Positions 19,690 through 27,645 of a DNA stretch of 64,000 nucleotides are shown here, piece after piece. The position numbers and the translations under genes were made by a program. Within the stretch, counting starts at the first letter, position 1, and each line of letters opens with the position of its first letter. A model generated the notes under the pieces. That model did not search any database. It worked only from the letters and a program-made list of their open reading frames with translations, and was not told the origin of the DNA. Origin of the DNA: Nitrospirae bacterium MYbin3 (GTDB taxonomy: Bacteria > Nitrospirota > Thermodesulfovibrionia > Thermodesulfovibrionales > Dissulfurispiraceae); NCBI GenBank assembly GCA_002753335.1, contig PEAD01000014.1:1-64000 (forward strand), in the 5' to 3' direction.

Positions 19690-21781
19690 GTCTCTATTTA
19701 ATCCGAAAGCTATAGCGGTAATCGGAGCGTCCAAAGACCCTAAAAAGGTCGGTTATGCGGTGCTCAACAATCTAATTAAGTTTGGATATAAAGGTGAGCT
19801 TTTCCCTATCAATCCTGCGGCACAAGAAATTTTGGGCATTAAGGCTTATCCCAAGGCATCAGAAACAAACTCACCTATAGACCTTGCAATAATAGCGGTG
19901 CCTGCAAAATTTGTTGCTGAAGCGCTGCTCGATTGCGCAAAGGCTGGAGTTACTTCTGCGGTCATACTCAGCGCTGGCTTTAAGGAAACAGGCCATGAAG
20001 GCATAAAGATGGAAGAGGAGCTGAAAAGGATAGGCAGGGAAAACGGGATAAGGATATTAGGTCCGAACTGCTTAGGCGTAATAAGCACCTCAAACAGCAT
20101 GAACGCTTCATTTGCGGGCGACATGTTGCCTCCCGGAAGAATCGCTTTTTTCTCTCAATCCGGAGCGCTCGGAATAGCGATACTGGATTGGGCGCTCGGA
20201 AACAGGATGGGCTTCTCAAAATTCATCAGCCTTGGCAACAAGTGCGATCTGAACGAAATAGATTTCATCGAATACTTTATGAACGACCCTGACACGGATG
20301 TCATACTCGGATACATAGAAGATGTAGTTGACGGCAAGCGTTTCATGGAGGTGGCACGGCGTGCCACAAAGGTTAAGCCCGTAATACTTATTAAATCCGG
20401 AGGGACCGAAGCCGGAGCTCGCGCAGCGTCTTCGCATACAGGCGCGCTTGCAGGTTCAGAAACAGCATTTAACGCGGTATTCAAGCAGACCGGTATTCTA
20501 AGGGCGCAGGGCATTCAGGATCTTTTCGACAATGCGTTGGCTTTTGCTTCAGGAAAAATTCCTGAAGGCAACAGGCTGCTGATAATCACGAATGCGGGCG
20601 GCCCCGGAATACTCGCGGCAGATATGTCAGAAAGGCAGGGGCTGCAGCTGCCGCAGATGACAAAAGACAATATCAAAGCGATGGCGCAGGAACTGCCGGC
20701 GAGCGCGTCGTTATACAATCCTGTGGATATTATTGGGGACGCGACTTCTGAACGTTATTCGGTTGTTCTTGAAAAGGCGATTATAGACCCCGGTGTTGAC
20801 GGCATTCTCGTAATTCTTACGCCTCAGGCTATGACCGATGTCGAAAATGTTGCGGAGATAGTAATTAGCGCGTCCAGAAAAACTGACAAGCCGATTATAT
20901 CCTCATTCATAGGCGAGATGCGCGTAAGGAGTTCTATAGAAAAACTCAAAACCGAATCACTGCCCTGTTTTTCATACCCTGAGGTTGCTGTGTCTGCTTT
21001 CAGGCGTCTTTATGATTTCGGAATTATGAGGCGTTCAAAAAGCGATGATGAATACGAAACGCCCATTTCAAGGAATAGAGAAGCTGCCGGCCGTTTGATT
21101 GATGAAGCCCTAAGCGCAGGCAGGTTTGAGCTGGGCGAGGACTCTGCAATGGATATATTATCTTTGTATGGTTTTTCTTTCCCTGAGCGGGCGCTTGCGA
21201 GAAGTTCAAGAGAGGCTTCGGCAATAGCCGAAAGAATAGGCTATCCGGTGGTTATGAAGATATCGTCGCCCGAAATTCTGCACAAGACCGATGTAGGCGG
21301 GGTTAAAGTCGGAGTCAGTAGCGAAGCAGCTGCGGAGGACGCTTTTACCGAAATCACAACAAATGCGCACAGGCTTATGCCGGGTGCGTTTGTAAAAGGC
21401 GTAATGCTTTATGAAATGATAAAGGGCGGCAAAGAGGTCATTCTTGGTGTAACTTATGACAGGACTTTCGGCCATATGATCATGTTCGGGTTAGGCGGAA
21501 TATATGTTGAGGTGCTCAAAGACGTATCTTTCAGGGTCGCTCCTGTTTCGCGCAGCGATGCGGCGGCCATGATAAACGAGATAAAGACTATAGCTCTTTT
21601 AAAAGGAGCTCGCGGCGAAAAGCCTGCTGACATAAACGCTGTAGTTAACGGCATCCTCGGCATTTCGGCAATAGTAAACGATTTTCCGCAGATAAGGGAG
21701 ATAGACATCAACCCGCTGCTGGTAATGCACAGCGGGGCTATTGCGCTGGATGCCCGTATTATTTTCGAGCATAAAAAGTGA
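19682..21781 (+). CDS. Acetate--CoA ligase (ADP-forming) family protein, fused alpha/beta
   Basis: [33 protein letters not shown] (phospho-His), NPVD, and ATP-grasp HKTDVGGV / DINP. The TTG start overlaps the cysS stop. Confidence 0.88.
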   Translation: MPESLFNPKAIAVIGASKDPKKVGYAVLNNLIKFGYKGELFPINPAAQEILGIKAYPKASETNSPIDLAIIAVPAKFVAEALLDCAKAGVTSAVILSAGFKETGHEGIKMEEELKRIGRENGIRILGPNCLGVISTSNSMNASFAGDMLPPGRIAFFSQSGALGIAILDWALGNRMGFSKFISLGNKCDLNEIDFIEYFMNDPDTDVILGYIEDVVDGKRFMEVARRATKVKPVILIKSGGTEAGARAASSHTGALAGSETAFNAVFKQTGILRAQGIQDLFDNALAFASGKIPEGNRLLIITNAGGPGILAADMSERQGLQLPQMTKDNIKAMAQELPASASLYNPVDIIGDATSERYSVVLEKAIIDPGVDGILVILTPQAMTDVENVAEIVISASRKTDKPIISSFIGEMRVRSSIEKLKTESLPCFSYPEVAVSAFRRLYDFGIMRRSKSDDEYETPISRNREAAGRLIDEALSAGRFELGEDSAMDILSLYGFSFPERALARSSREASAIAERIGYPVVMKISSPEILHKTDVGGVKVGVSSEAAAEDAFTEITTNAHRLMPGAFVKGVMLYEMIKGGKEVILGVTYDRTFGHMIMFGLGGIYVEVLKDVSFRVAPVSRSDAAAMINEIKTIALLKGARGEKPADINAVVNGILGISAIVNDFPQIREIDINPLLVMHSGAIALDARIIFEHKK

Positions 21782-21791
21782 AAAAAGGATT

Positions 21792-21877
21792 CACCACAGC
21801 CAGAAGTAGGCGCTTTTAAGCGAGGACGCAGAGAGAAAAGAATTTTAGATTCTTTTAAGCTCTGTGAGTTCTGTGCT
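21792..21877. repeat. Degenerate REP-like palindromic element (copy 1)
   Basis: caccacag...gaggacgcagagagaaaag...tcttttaagctctgtgagttctgtg; resembles 28956-29019. Confidence 0.45.
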
Positions 21878-21920
21878 TAGTTTTTTTAAATACTAATAAG
21901 ATTTTCAAGGAGGAGATAAA

Positions 21921-22973
21921 ATGGTTCCGGTTTTTATATTGTCCAGCAGAAATTATACGGGCAAAACTTTTTTTGCATTGGGGTTGGCTTTAAAACTTAT
22001 ATCTATGGGCTATAAGGTCGGCTATATGAAGCCTCTTGGCAAGATGCCGTTTAAGGTGGGCAGAGACCTGTTTGATGAAGACTCAATATTTGTAAAAGAA
22101 CAGCTTGCTTTACCGGAGGAACTCCAGAGGATTTCTCCGTTTGTGCTGAGTTTTGAAACCCAAAGCATGATTTACAACGGCAGCCTTAAAGGAGTTAAGG
22201 AAAAGATAATGAGCGCTTTTGAATCTTTCAAGGACAAGGATTTCTTGCTAATCGGCGGAGCCGGAGATCTTTTTGATGGGGCCACACTCGATATAGACGC
22301 CATAGGGCTTATACGTCAGATGCAGGCTAGGGCTTTGTTTGTGGAAGAGTGGCGCGGAGATGCTTCTGCTGATGCATTGTTCGGAGCCCGACAGCTTCTC
22401 GGCAGCAGCTTTGCGGGAGGCATACTCAATAAGGTCCCGGTCAACGCATATGGTCATGTGATCGAGTCGGTAAAACCTTTTCTTGAATCCAAAGGAGTCA
22501 ATGTCTTGGGTGTTTTTAAAAAGGACAGCATACTCGAATCGTTCACAGTAAGGCAGTTGAATGAACTGCTGAATGGAACGGTGCTCTGCTGCGAAGACAG
22601 GCTTGATGAAGCGGTCGAGCATTTTTCGGTAGGCGCCATGGATGTTGACAGTGCGCTGAGCTATTTCAGAAGGATCCAGAACAAGGCGGTAATTACCGGC
22701 GCGCATCGCGCTGACATACAGCTTGCGGCAATGGAAACCTCCACAAGATGCATAATACTTACCGGCGGTCTGCATACGAACGAAATTGTTTTAGGCAAGG
22801 CTCAGTCCAAAGGCATCCCTATAATCTCGGTGGCGGACGACACCTTTACCACCATAGATAAGATAGAGGGCGTAATGGGCAAGACAAAGATAAGGGAAAA
22901 AGAAAAAATAAAGCGGACAAAAGAGCTTATTGAAGAACAGTTTGATATTCAGAAATTTTTATCCTGCGTATAA
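21921..22973 (+). CDS. Phosphotransacetylase N-terminal-like (BioD-like + DRTGG) protein
   Basis: YTGKT, GYMKP, VGAM and ITGAHRADIQLAA..LTGG; no catalytic PTA domain; follows the Acd gene. Confidence 0.85.
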   Translation: MVPVFILSSRNYTGKTFFALGLALKLISMGYKVGYMKPLGKMPFKVGRDLFDEDSIFVKEQLALPEELQRISPFVLSFETQSMIYNGSLKGVKEKIMSAFESFKDKDFLLIGGAGDLFDGATLDIDAIGLIRQMQARALFVEEWRGDASADALFGARQLLGSSFAGGILNKVPVNAYGHVIESVKPFLESKGVNVLGVFKKDSILESFTVRQLNELLNGTVLCCEDRLDEAVEHFSVGAMDVDSALSYFRRIQNKAVITGAHRADIQLAAMETSTRCIILTGGLHTNEIVLGKAQSKGIPIISVADDTFTTIDKIEGVMGKTKIREKEKIKRTKELIEEQFDIQKFLSCV

Positions 22974-23046
22974 GATGTGGGTTGATTTTCAAAATACGCA
23001 CATCATTCTTTGAAAATTTCACGGTTTAGAAACGTAATGCCAAAAC

Positions 23047-23076
23047 TTGACAATCCCATCTTTTGTGTGCTCTAAT
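23047..23076 (+). promoter_or_regulatory. Putative sigma70 promoter of fur
   Basis: TTGACA (23047-52), 18 bp, TCTAAT preceded by TG; overlapped by a Fur box. Confidence 0.5.
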
Positions 23077-23093
23077 GATAATAAATATCATTA
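23073..23093. promoter_or_regulatory. Fur box 1 (autoregulation)
   Basis: TAATGATA-ATAAA-TATCATTA palindrome; core TGATAAT-A-AATATCA has 1 mismatch to the 7-1-7 consensus. Confidence 0.8.
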
Positions 23094-23106
23094 CCAAAAC
23101 TGCAAT

Positions 23107-23538
23107 ATGACTATGAATACACCAAGAGAAATATTTGCAAATTATATAAGCAAACAGGGACTGCGTAATACACAGCAGAGAGACGACATTCTTGCTGCAT
23201 TTTTTTCTTCTGAAAAACATATCACTGTTGAGGAGCTTTTTAGCGTGGTAAAAACAAAAAATCCTGCTATTGGCTATGCAACTGTCCACAGGAACCTGAA
23301 TCTGCTTTGTGAGTGCGGCTTGGCTGATGAGATAAAAATAGGAAAACAAAAAGCCAGATATGAGCCTAAATTTGGGCAAAAGCATCATGATCACTTAATC
23401 TGTCTTAGATGCGGCAAATTTACAGAAGTCATTAATAGCAAAATAGAGAAGCTTCAGGACAAGCTTGCAGAAGAGAACGGCTTCATGCCCGTCAGACACA
23501 AGCTGGAGATATACGGAATCTGCAGGGAGTGCAGATAG
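23107..23538 (+). CDS. fur: Ferric uptake regulator family repressor
   Basis: GLRNTQQR, HITVEEL, IGYATVHRNL, HHDHLICLRC and YGICREC. ATG 23107 or 23113. Confidence 0.93.
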   Translation: MTMNTPREIFANYISKQGLRNTQQRDDILAAFFSSEKHITVEELFSVVKTKNPAIGYATVHRNLNLLCECGLADEIKIGKQKARYEPKFGQKHHDHLICLRCGKFTEVINSKIEKLQDKLAEENGFMPVRHKLEIYGICRECR

Positions 23539-23546
23539 TTTTTTTT
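23518..23546 (+). terminator. Terminator-like hairpin within the fur 3' end
   Basis: ATCTGCA-GGGAG-TGCAGAT (7-bp perfect stem), then AG and T8. Confidence 0.5.
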
Positions 23547-23556
23547 GCGTCTAAGA

Positions 23557-23571
23557 TGATATTAATTTTCA
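23557..23571. promoter_or_regulatory. Fur box 2 (upstream of mini-Fur)
   Basis: TGATATT-A-ATTTTCA, 2 mismatches to TGATAAT-N-ATTATCA. Confidence 0.6.
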
Positions 23572-23602
23572 TTTTCAATAATAAAGGAGGAGGTAACTAC
23601 AG

Positions 23603-23770
23603 ATGAGTTTATTTAGAAAAAGTAATTTGGTTTGCTTGAAATGCAAAAAGTGCATCGAGGTCACCGATAGCAAGATCGCTAAACTGCAGTACAGGCTTGC
23701 CAAGGCTAATGATTTCATTCCCATTAGAGAGAGCTTGGAGATATACGGAATCTGCAGGGAGTGCAGATAG
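23603..23770 (+). CDS. 55-aa stand-alone Fur C-terminal dimerisation domain ('mini-Fur')
   Basis: Manual translation: MSLFRKSNLVCLKCKKCIEVTDSKIAKLQYRLAKANDFIPIRESLEIYGICRECR*. RBS AAGGAGGAGG. 30/47 aa identical to the adjacent Fur C-terminus. Confidence 0.8.
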   Translation: MSLFRKSNLVCLKCKKCIEVTDSKIAKLQYRLAKANDFIPIRESLEIYGICRECR

Positions 23771-23778
23771 TTTTTTTT
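23750..23778 (+). terminator. Second copy of the terminator-like hairpin, within the mini-Fur 3' end
   Basis: ATCTGCA-GGGAG-TGCAGAT-AG-T8. Confidence 0.5.
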
Positions 23779-23784
23779 GTGCCA

Positions 23785-23807
23785 CAATTGATAATAATTA
23801 TCAATTG
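23785..23807. promoter_or_regulatory. Fur box 3 (upstream of feoB)
   Basis: Perfect 11-1-11 palindrome CAATTGATAAT-A-ATTATCAATTG containing the exact 7-1-7 consensus. Confidence 0.92.
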
Positions 23808-23833
23808 CAATAAATTAATGCCGAGGTGTTGCA

Positions 23834-25825
23834 ATGACATTGCTTGGGAAAAAACAAAAGTGCCATGCTGCGCAGTCTGTTTCATTTAATGGTAAAAGGA
23901 AGGTTGTGCTGGTAGGAAACCCGAATGTTGGCAAGAGTGTTCTGTTTAATGTTCTTACCGGAGCATATGTAACAGTATCAAACTATCCCGGCACATCGGT
24001 AGAGGTTACTCGCGGCGTAGCAATAATTGAAGAAGAGCAGTTTGAGGTTATTGATACTCCCGGAATGTATTCTCTTATGCCAATCACGGAAGAAGAGCGT
24101 GTAGGCAGGGAGATACTGTTAAACGAGTGCCCTGATATAGTCATTCATGTAATTGATGCGAGAAATCTTGAGCGTATGCTGGCAATGACTATTCAGTTGA
24201 TAGAAGCAGGCTTGCCTGTAATTTTGGTTGTAAATATCATGGATGAGGCAGAGCGTTTAGGACTAGGCATAAACATACCTCTCCTCGGCGAAAAACTTGG
24301 CATTCCGGTCATTGGTGCGGCAATGGCTAAAAAAAGGGGCGTTGAGGAAATAAGAAAGAGCATATCAGGTTTTAATCCGAAAGAAATCCGCCAATTCAAT
24401 TACAATAAAAAATTTGAGGATGATATAACAGAAATAGCATTAATGCTAAAAGGTGACTACAGGCTTTCACGTAAAGCAATAGCCTTGCTGCTTATGCAAA
24501 AGGATAATGAAATTGCCGAATTGATTGAGGAGCAGGAAGGAGCTGGGTATCAGGCAATAGATGAGCTTGTGAGAGAGAAGGTTTTTGAGCGGAGGGAGTC
24601 TCTGCATATGGACATATCAATGCAAAGACGAGAGATTGTGAAGGGCATCATCAAGGATGTTTTCTCAGCGCCGGAGCGTAGAAGGTTTACGCTAAGCGAC
24701 AAGCTGTCAAACTGGAGCGTCAGTCCCCTTACTGGCATACCTCTTCTTTTAATAGTTCTCTATTTTGGTCTCTATCAGTTTGTTGGTGTTTTTGGAGCCG
24801 GGACAGTTGTTGATCTGCTTGAGAAGAAGCTGATAGAGGGAATGTTCAATCCTTGGATTACCGAGACGGTTAACAATGTTGTTCCTTGGGAGATTATTCA
24901 GGAGCTGATTGTCGGAGAATACGGCATTATCACTATGGGTGTTCGATATGCGGTAGGCATTATACTTCCGATTGTAGCCACTTTCTTCCTTTTTTTCTCG
25001 ATGCTGGAAGACAGCGGATACTTTCCCAGATTGGCTCTTCTTGTTGATAGGGTATTCAAAAAAATAGGTCTTTCTGGGCGTGCCGTAATACCTATGGTGC
25101 TTGGGTTCGGCTGCGACACAATGGCTACTATGGTAACAAGGACTCTTGAAACTGTTAGAGAAAGGATTATTGCCACGCTTCTCCTTGCTCTTGCAATTCC
25201 ATGTTCTGCGCAGCTTGGGCTAATCCTATCGCTTTTGTCTAAATCCCAAGGGAGCTTTTTTGTTTGGGCAGGATGCGTACTGATGCTTTTTCTAACTGTT
25301 GGATTTTTTGCCGCACGAGTCATTCCGGGGGACAAAACAATGTTTTATATGGAGCTGCCGCCTATGCGGATGCCCCAACTGTCTAATGTCCTGACAAAAA
25401 CATATACAAGAATGCAGTGGTATTTTATGGAAATACTGCCTTTATTTATTTTTGCATCTGTACTTCTATGGCTTGGAAAGATAACCCACTTTTTCGAAAA
25501 GATGGTGGAATGGTTCAACCCTGTGATAAATGCCATAGGGCTTCCCAAAGAGACCACGGTGGCGTTCATTTTCGGCTTTTTCAGGCGTGATTACGGTGCG
25601 GCAGGGCTTTTCGACCTTCAGGAAAAGGGGCTGCTAGATGTTAGGCAAATAACAGTGGCTGCTGTGACTCTTACCCTTTTCGTGCCATGCATAGCGCAGT
25701 TCCTGATAATGAAAAAAGAGCGAGGCCTCAAAACCGCACTAATGATGGGTCTGTTCGTGAGCGTTATAGCCTTTGGAAGCGGTTATTTTCTAAATAAACT
25801 GCTGGTTACAACCGGAATATTATGA
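23834..25825 (+). CDS. feoB: Ferrous iron transporter B
   Basis: GNPNVGKS, NYPGT, DTPG, LEDSGY, LGFGC, IPCSAQ, MELPP and a multi-TM C-terminus. Confidence 0.96.
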   Translation: MTLLGKKQKCHAAQSVSFNGKRKVVLVGNPNVGKSVLFNVLTGAYVTVSNYPGTSVEVTRGVAIIEEEQFEVIDTPGMYSLMPITEEERVGREILLNECPDIVIHVIDARNLERMLAMTIQLIEAGLPVILVVNIMDEAERLGLGINIPLLGEKLGIPVIGAAMAKKRGVEEIRKSISGFNPKEIRQFNYNKKFEDDITEIALMLKGDYRLSRKAIALLLMQKDNEIAELIEEQEGAGYQAIDELVREKVFERRESLHMDISMQRREIVKGIIKDVFSAPERRRFTLSDKLSNWSVSPLTGIPLLLIVLYFGLYQFVGVFGAGTVVDLLEKKLIEGMFNPWITETVNNVVPWEIIQELIVGEYGIITMGVRYAVGIILPIVATFFLFFSMLEDSGYFPRLALLVDRVFKKIGLSGRAVIPMVLGFGCDTMATMVTRTLETVRERIIATLLLALAIPCSAQLGLILSLLSKSQGSFFVWAGCVLMLFLTVGFFAARVIPGDKTMFYMELPPMRMPQLSNVLTKTYTRMQWYFMEILPLFIFASVLLWLGKITHFFEKMVEWFNPVINAIGLPKETTVAFIFGFFRRDYGAAGLFDLQEKGLLDVRQITVAAVTLTLFVPCIAQFLIMKKERGLKTALMMGLFVSVIAFGSGYFLNKLLVTTGIL

Positions 25826-26004
25826 TGCGCTGCGGTTTTTGCGGATATGATTTTGAAGAGAAAGAAGGAATTCAGGGATGCAAGAACTGCCCCATGTCCG
25901 GCGGATGCAAAATGATAAAGTGTCCGAAATGCAACTATGAAAATCCTTCCGAGCCTTTTTGGGTAAAGAAGGTTAAAGGTTTTTTTAAGGAGGCAAACAA
26001 ATGA
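25822..26004 (+). CDS. Small Cys-rich FeoB-associated protein
   Basis: 60 aa with 7 Cys (CxxC-x12-CxxC-x5-C-x4-CxxC); overlaps both neighbours by 4 bp. Confidence 0.75.
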   Translation: MMRCGFCGYDFEEKEGIQGCKNCPMSGGCKMIKCPKCNYENPSEPFWVKKVKGFFKEANK

Positions 26005-26657
26005 AACTTTCAGAAAATGCTGAAGAAATATTGGAAGCGATGTGGATTGCGATTGAAGAAAATGGGGGCGATTTTGCTGCAATACAATATATTGGAATAG
26101 ATTCTAGGGATCCTGCGTATGCCGAACTTGTAGATTCTGCCCTTATTGAATTAAAGGACGGACATGCGTATTTTTTTGAAAAAGGCAGGGAAGAAGGGCG
26201 TCAGACTATTCGTCGCCATAGACTTGCGGAGCGCCTGTTGATGGATGTTTTAGATATAAGGGGTGAAGAGGGGGATAAAAAGGCTTGTCAGTTTGAACAC
26301 CTCCTAAAAGAAGGTGTTGATATAAAAGTATGCAATATGCTGAACCATCCTTCTACGTGTCCCCATGGAAAGCAGATCCCTATGGGAGACTGTTGCACAG
26401 AGGCGCGCAAAAGCGGCAATCTTGGAGTGCTGCCTTTAACCGAACTGAATCCGAAAGAAGATGGCGAAATAGCTTTTATCCAAACCAAAGACTCAAAAAT
26501 AATGCACAAACTAATGTCTATGGGGGTTTTGCCGGGCAATCAGATTTATCTTGTGCAAAATTTCCCATCGTATATTTTTCGCATAGGCTATTCCGAGTTT
26601 GCGATTGATTCTGAGATGGCTGATAAAATTTATGTAAGACAACTGGTTCGACAATAA
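26001..26657 (+). CDS. DtxR/MntR-family metal-binding protein with C-terminal FeoA domain
   Basis: RRHRLAERLL, ACQFEH and CPHGKQIP; FeoA-like KLMSMGVLPG...FAID...A.KIYV. Confidence 0.88.
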   Translation: MKLSENAEEILEAMWIAIEENGGDFAAIQYIGIDSRDPAYAELVDSALIELKDGHAYFFEKGREEGRQTIRRHRLAERLLMDVLDIRGEEGDKKACQFEHLLKEGVDIKVCNMLNHPSTCPHGKQIPMGDCCTEARKSGNLGVLPLTELNPKEDGEIAFIQTKDSKIMHKLMSMGVLPGNQIYLVQNFPSYIFRIGYSEFAIDSEMADKIYVRQLVRQ

Positions 26658-26758
26658 AAACCGAACGATTTTTATTTTGTCTGCATAAAGAACATTTGCA
26701 TACACCACCTGTCTCGTTATCGATATTATATGATAAGAGTCACCTATACACTTTTTTG

Positions 26759-26788
26759 TGTTAAATGTGTAAACTATCACGATTAACA
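26759..26788. promoter_or_regulatory. Palindromic operator (Rex- or CRP/FNR-family-like)
   Basis: TGTTAAATGTG-TAAACTAT-CACGATTAACA; arms 9/11 complementary; core TGTGT-N6-TCACG. Confidence 0.5.
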
Positions 26789-26837
26789 TTTTTTATAAGA
26801 CCATAATATTTACAATGACCCCTGCATAGAGGGAGAT

Positions 26838-27614
26838 ATGACCAAGAATCGTATATTAGTGGTGGACGATGACCCTGTTATAGGTCTGAGCTGTAAGAGG
26901 ATGCTCGGATCTGAGGGCTTTTCTGTTTTTGCGGTCAAGGACGGCGAGAGTGCTATCGACAAGATATCCAAGGAAGAGTTCGATCTTGTTATAACCGATA
27001 TCAGGCTGCCGGATGTGTACGGGCTTACCATAGTCAAAGAGGCAAAAACGGTTCAGCCGCAGTCGGATGTTCTTGTAATAACAGGCTACCCATCTCTTGA
27101 TGATGCGAAAGAATCAATAAGGCTCGGCGCCTTCGAATATCTAGAAAAACCATTTACTCCGGATTTCATGCTGAATGCTGCCAAGCGGGTTTTTGATGCT
27201 CGCGGCTGGGTGATGAGAAAATCCTATGTTGATCAATTTAAGGATTATGTTGTCTGCCCATCCGAACTTGACGACAAGGCTGTATATTACAAGGACGGAA
27301 CATGGGCTAGGCCTTTAAGCGCAGACCTTTGGGAGATAGGCGTTGATGTTAGGCATTTTCTTGCGGGAGGGCAGCTTCTTTTTGTGGAGCATATTTCTGG
27401 ACTTAAGGCAGTTATGAGCGGAGAGCCTTTTGCAAAGCTGCTTTCTAACGATGGCAGGACAGGCGCGACGTATGAGGTAAAAGCGCCTATGACAGGAATA
27501 ATCAAAGAAATAAATCAGAGAGCGAATGAAGCTATAAGCTCGCTGTTAAAAGAGCATGTATGTGAAAGCTGGTTTATCTGGCTCGCAAAGATAAGCCCTG
27601 TGGCCGCAAAATAA
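26838..27614 (+). CDS. Response-regulator receiver fused to a GcvH-like (lipoyl-fold) domain
   Basis: Receiver motifs DDD/TDIRLP/TG/KP; C-terminus WAR...IGVD...GQLLFVE...GEPFA...APMTG.I.EIN...WLAKI parallels H-protein but lacks the ESVK lysine. Confidence 0.72.
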   Translation: MTKNRILVVDDDPVIGLSCKRMLGSEGFSVFAVKDGESAIDKISKEEFDLVITDIRLPDVYGLTIVKEAKTVQPQSDVLVITGYPSLDDAKESIRLGAFEYLEKPFTPDFMLNAAKRVFDARGWVMRKSYVDQFKDYVVCPSELDDKAVYYKDGTWARPLSADLWEIGVDVRHFLAGGQLLFVEHISGLKAVMSGEPFAKLLSNDGRTGATYEVKAPMTGIIKEINQRANEAISSLLKEHVCESWFIWLAKISPVAAK

Positions 27615-27645
27615 AAGTTTGAACTTATATTAAGGAGGATAAAGG

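Larger units (their letters stand above)
23504..23779 (+). repeat. 44-bp exact direct repeat (23504-23547 and 23736-23779)
   Basis: tggagatatacggaatctgcagggagtgcagatagttttttttg occurs twice, 232 bp apart. Confidence 0.95.

Noticed and set aside
23047..23106. ORF-track TTG start for fur
   Set aside because: The TTG is the -35 hexamer and the extension spans the promoter and Fur box; ATG 23107/23113 gives a normal Fur length
23504..23779. CRISPR array
   Set aside because: Only two copies, 232 bp apart, both coding gene ends; no cas genes
23575..23787. 70-aa minus-strand ORF between fur and feoB
   Set aside because: Antisense shadow of the plus-strand mini-Fur, which has the RBS and the homology
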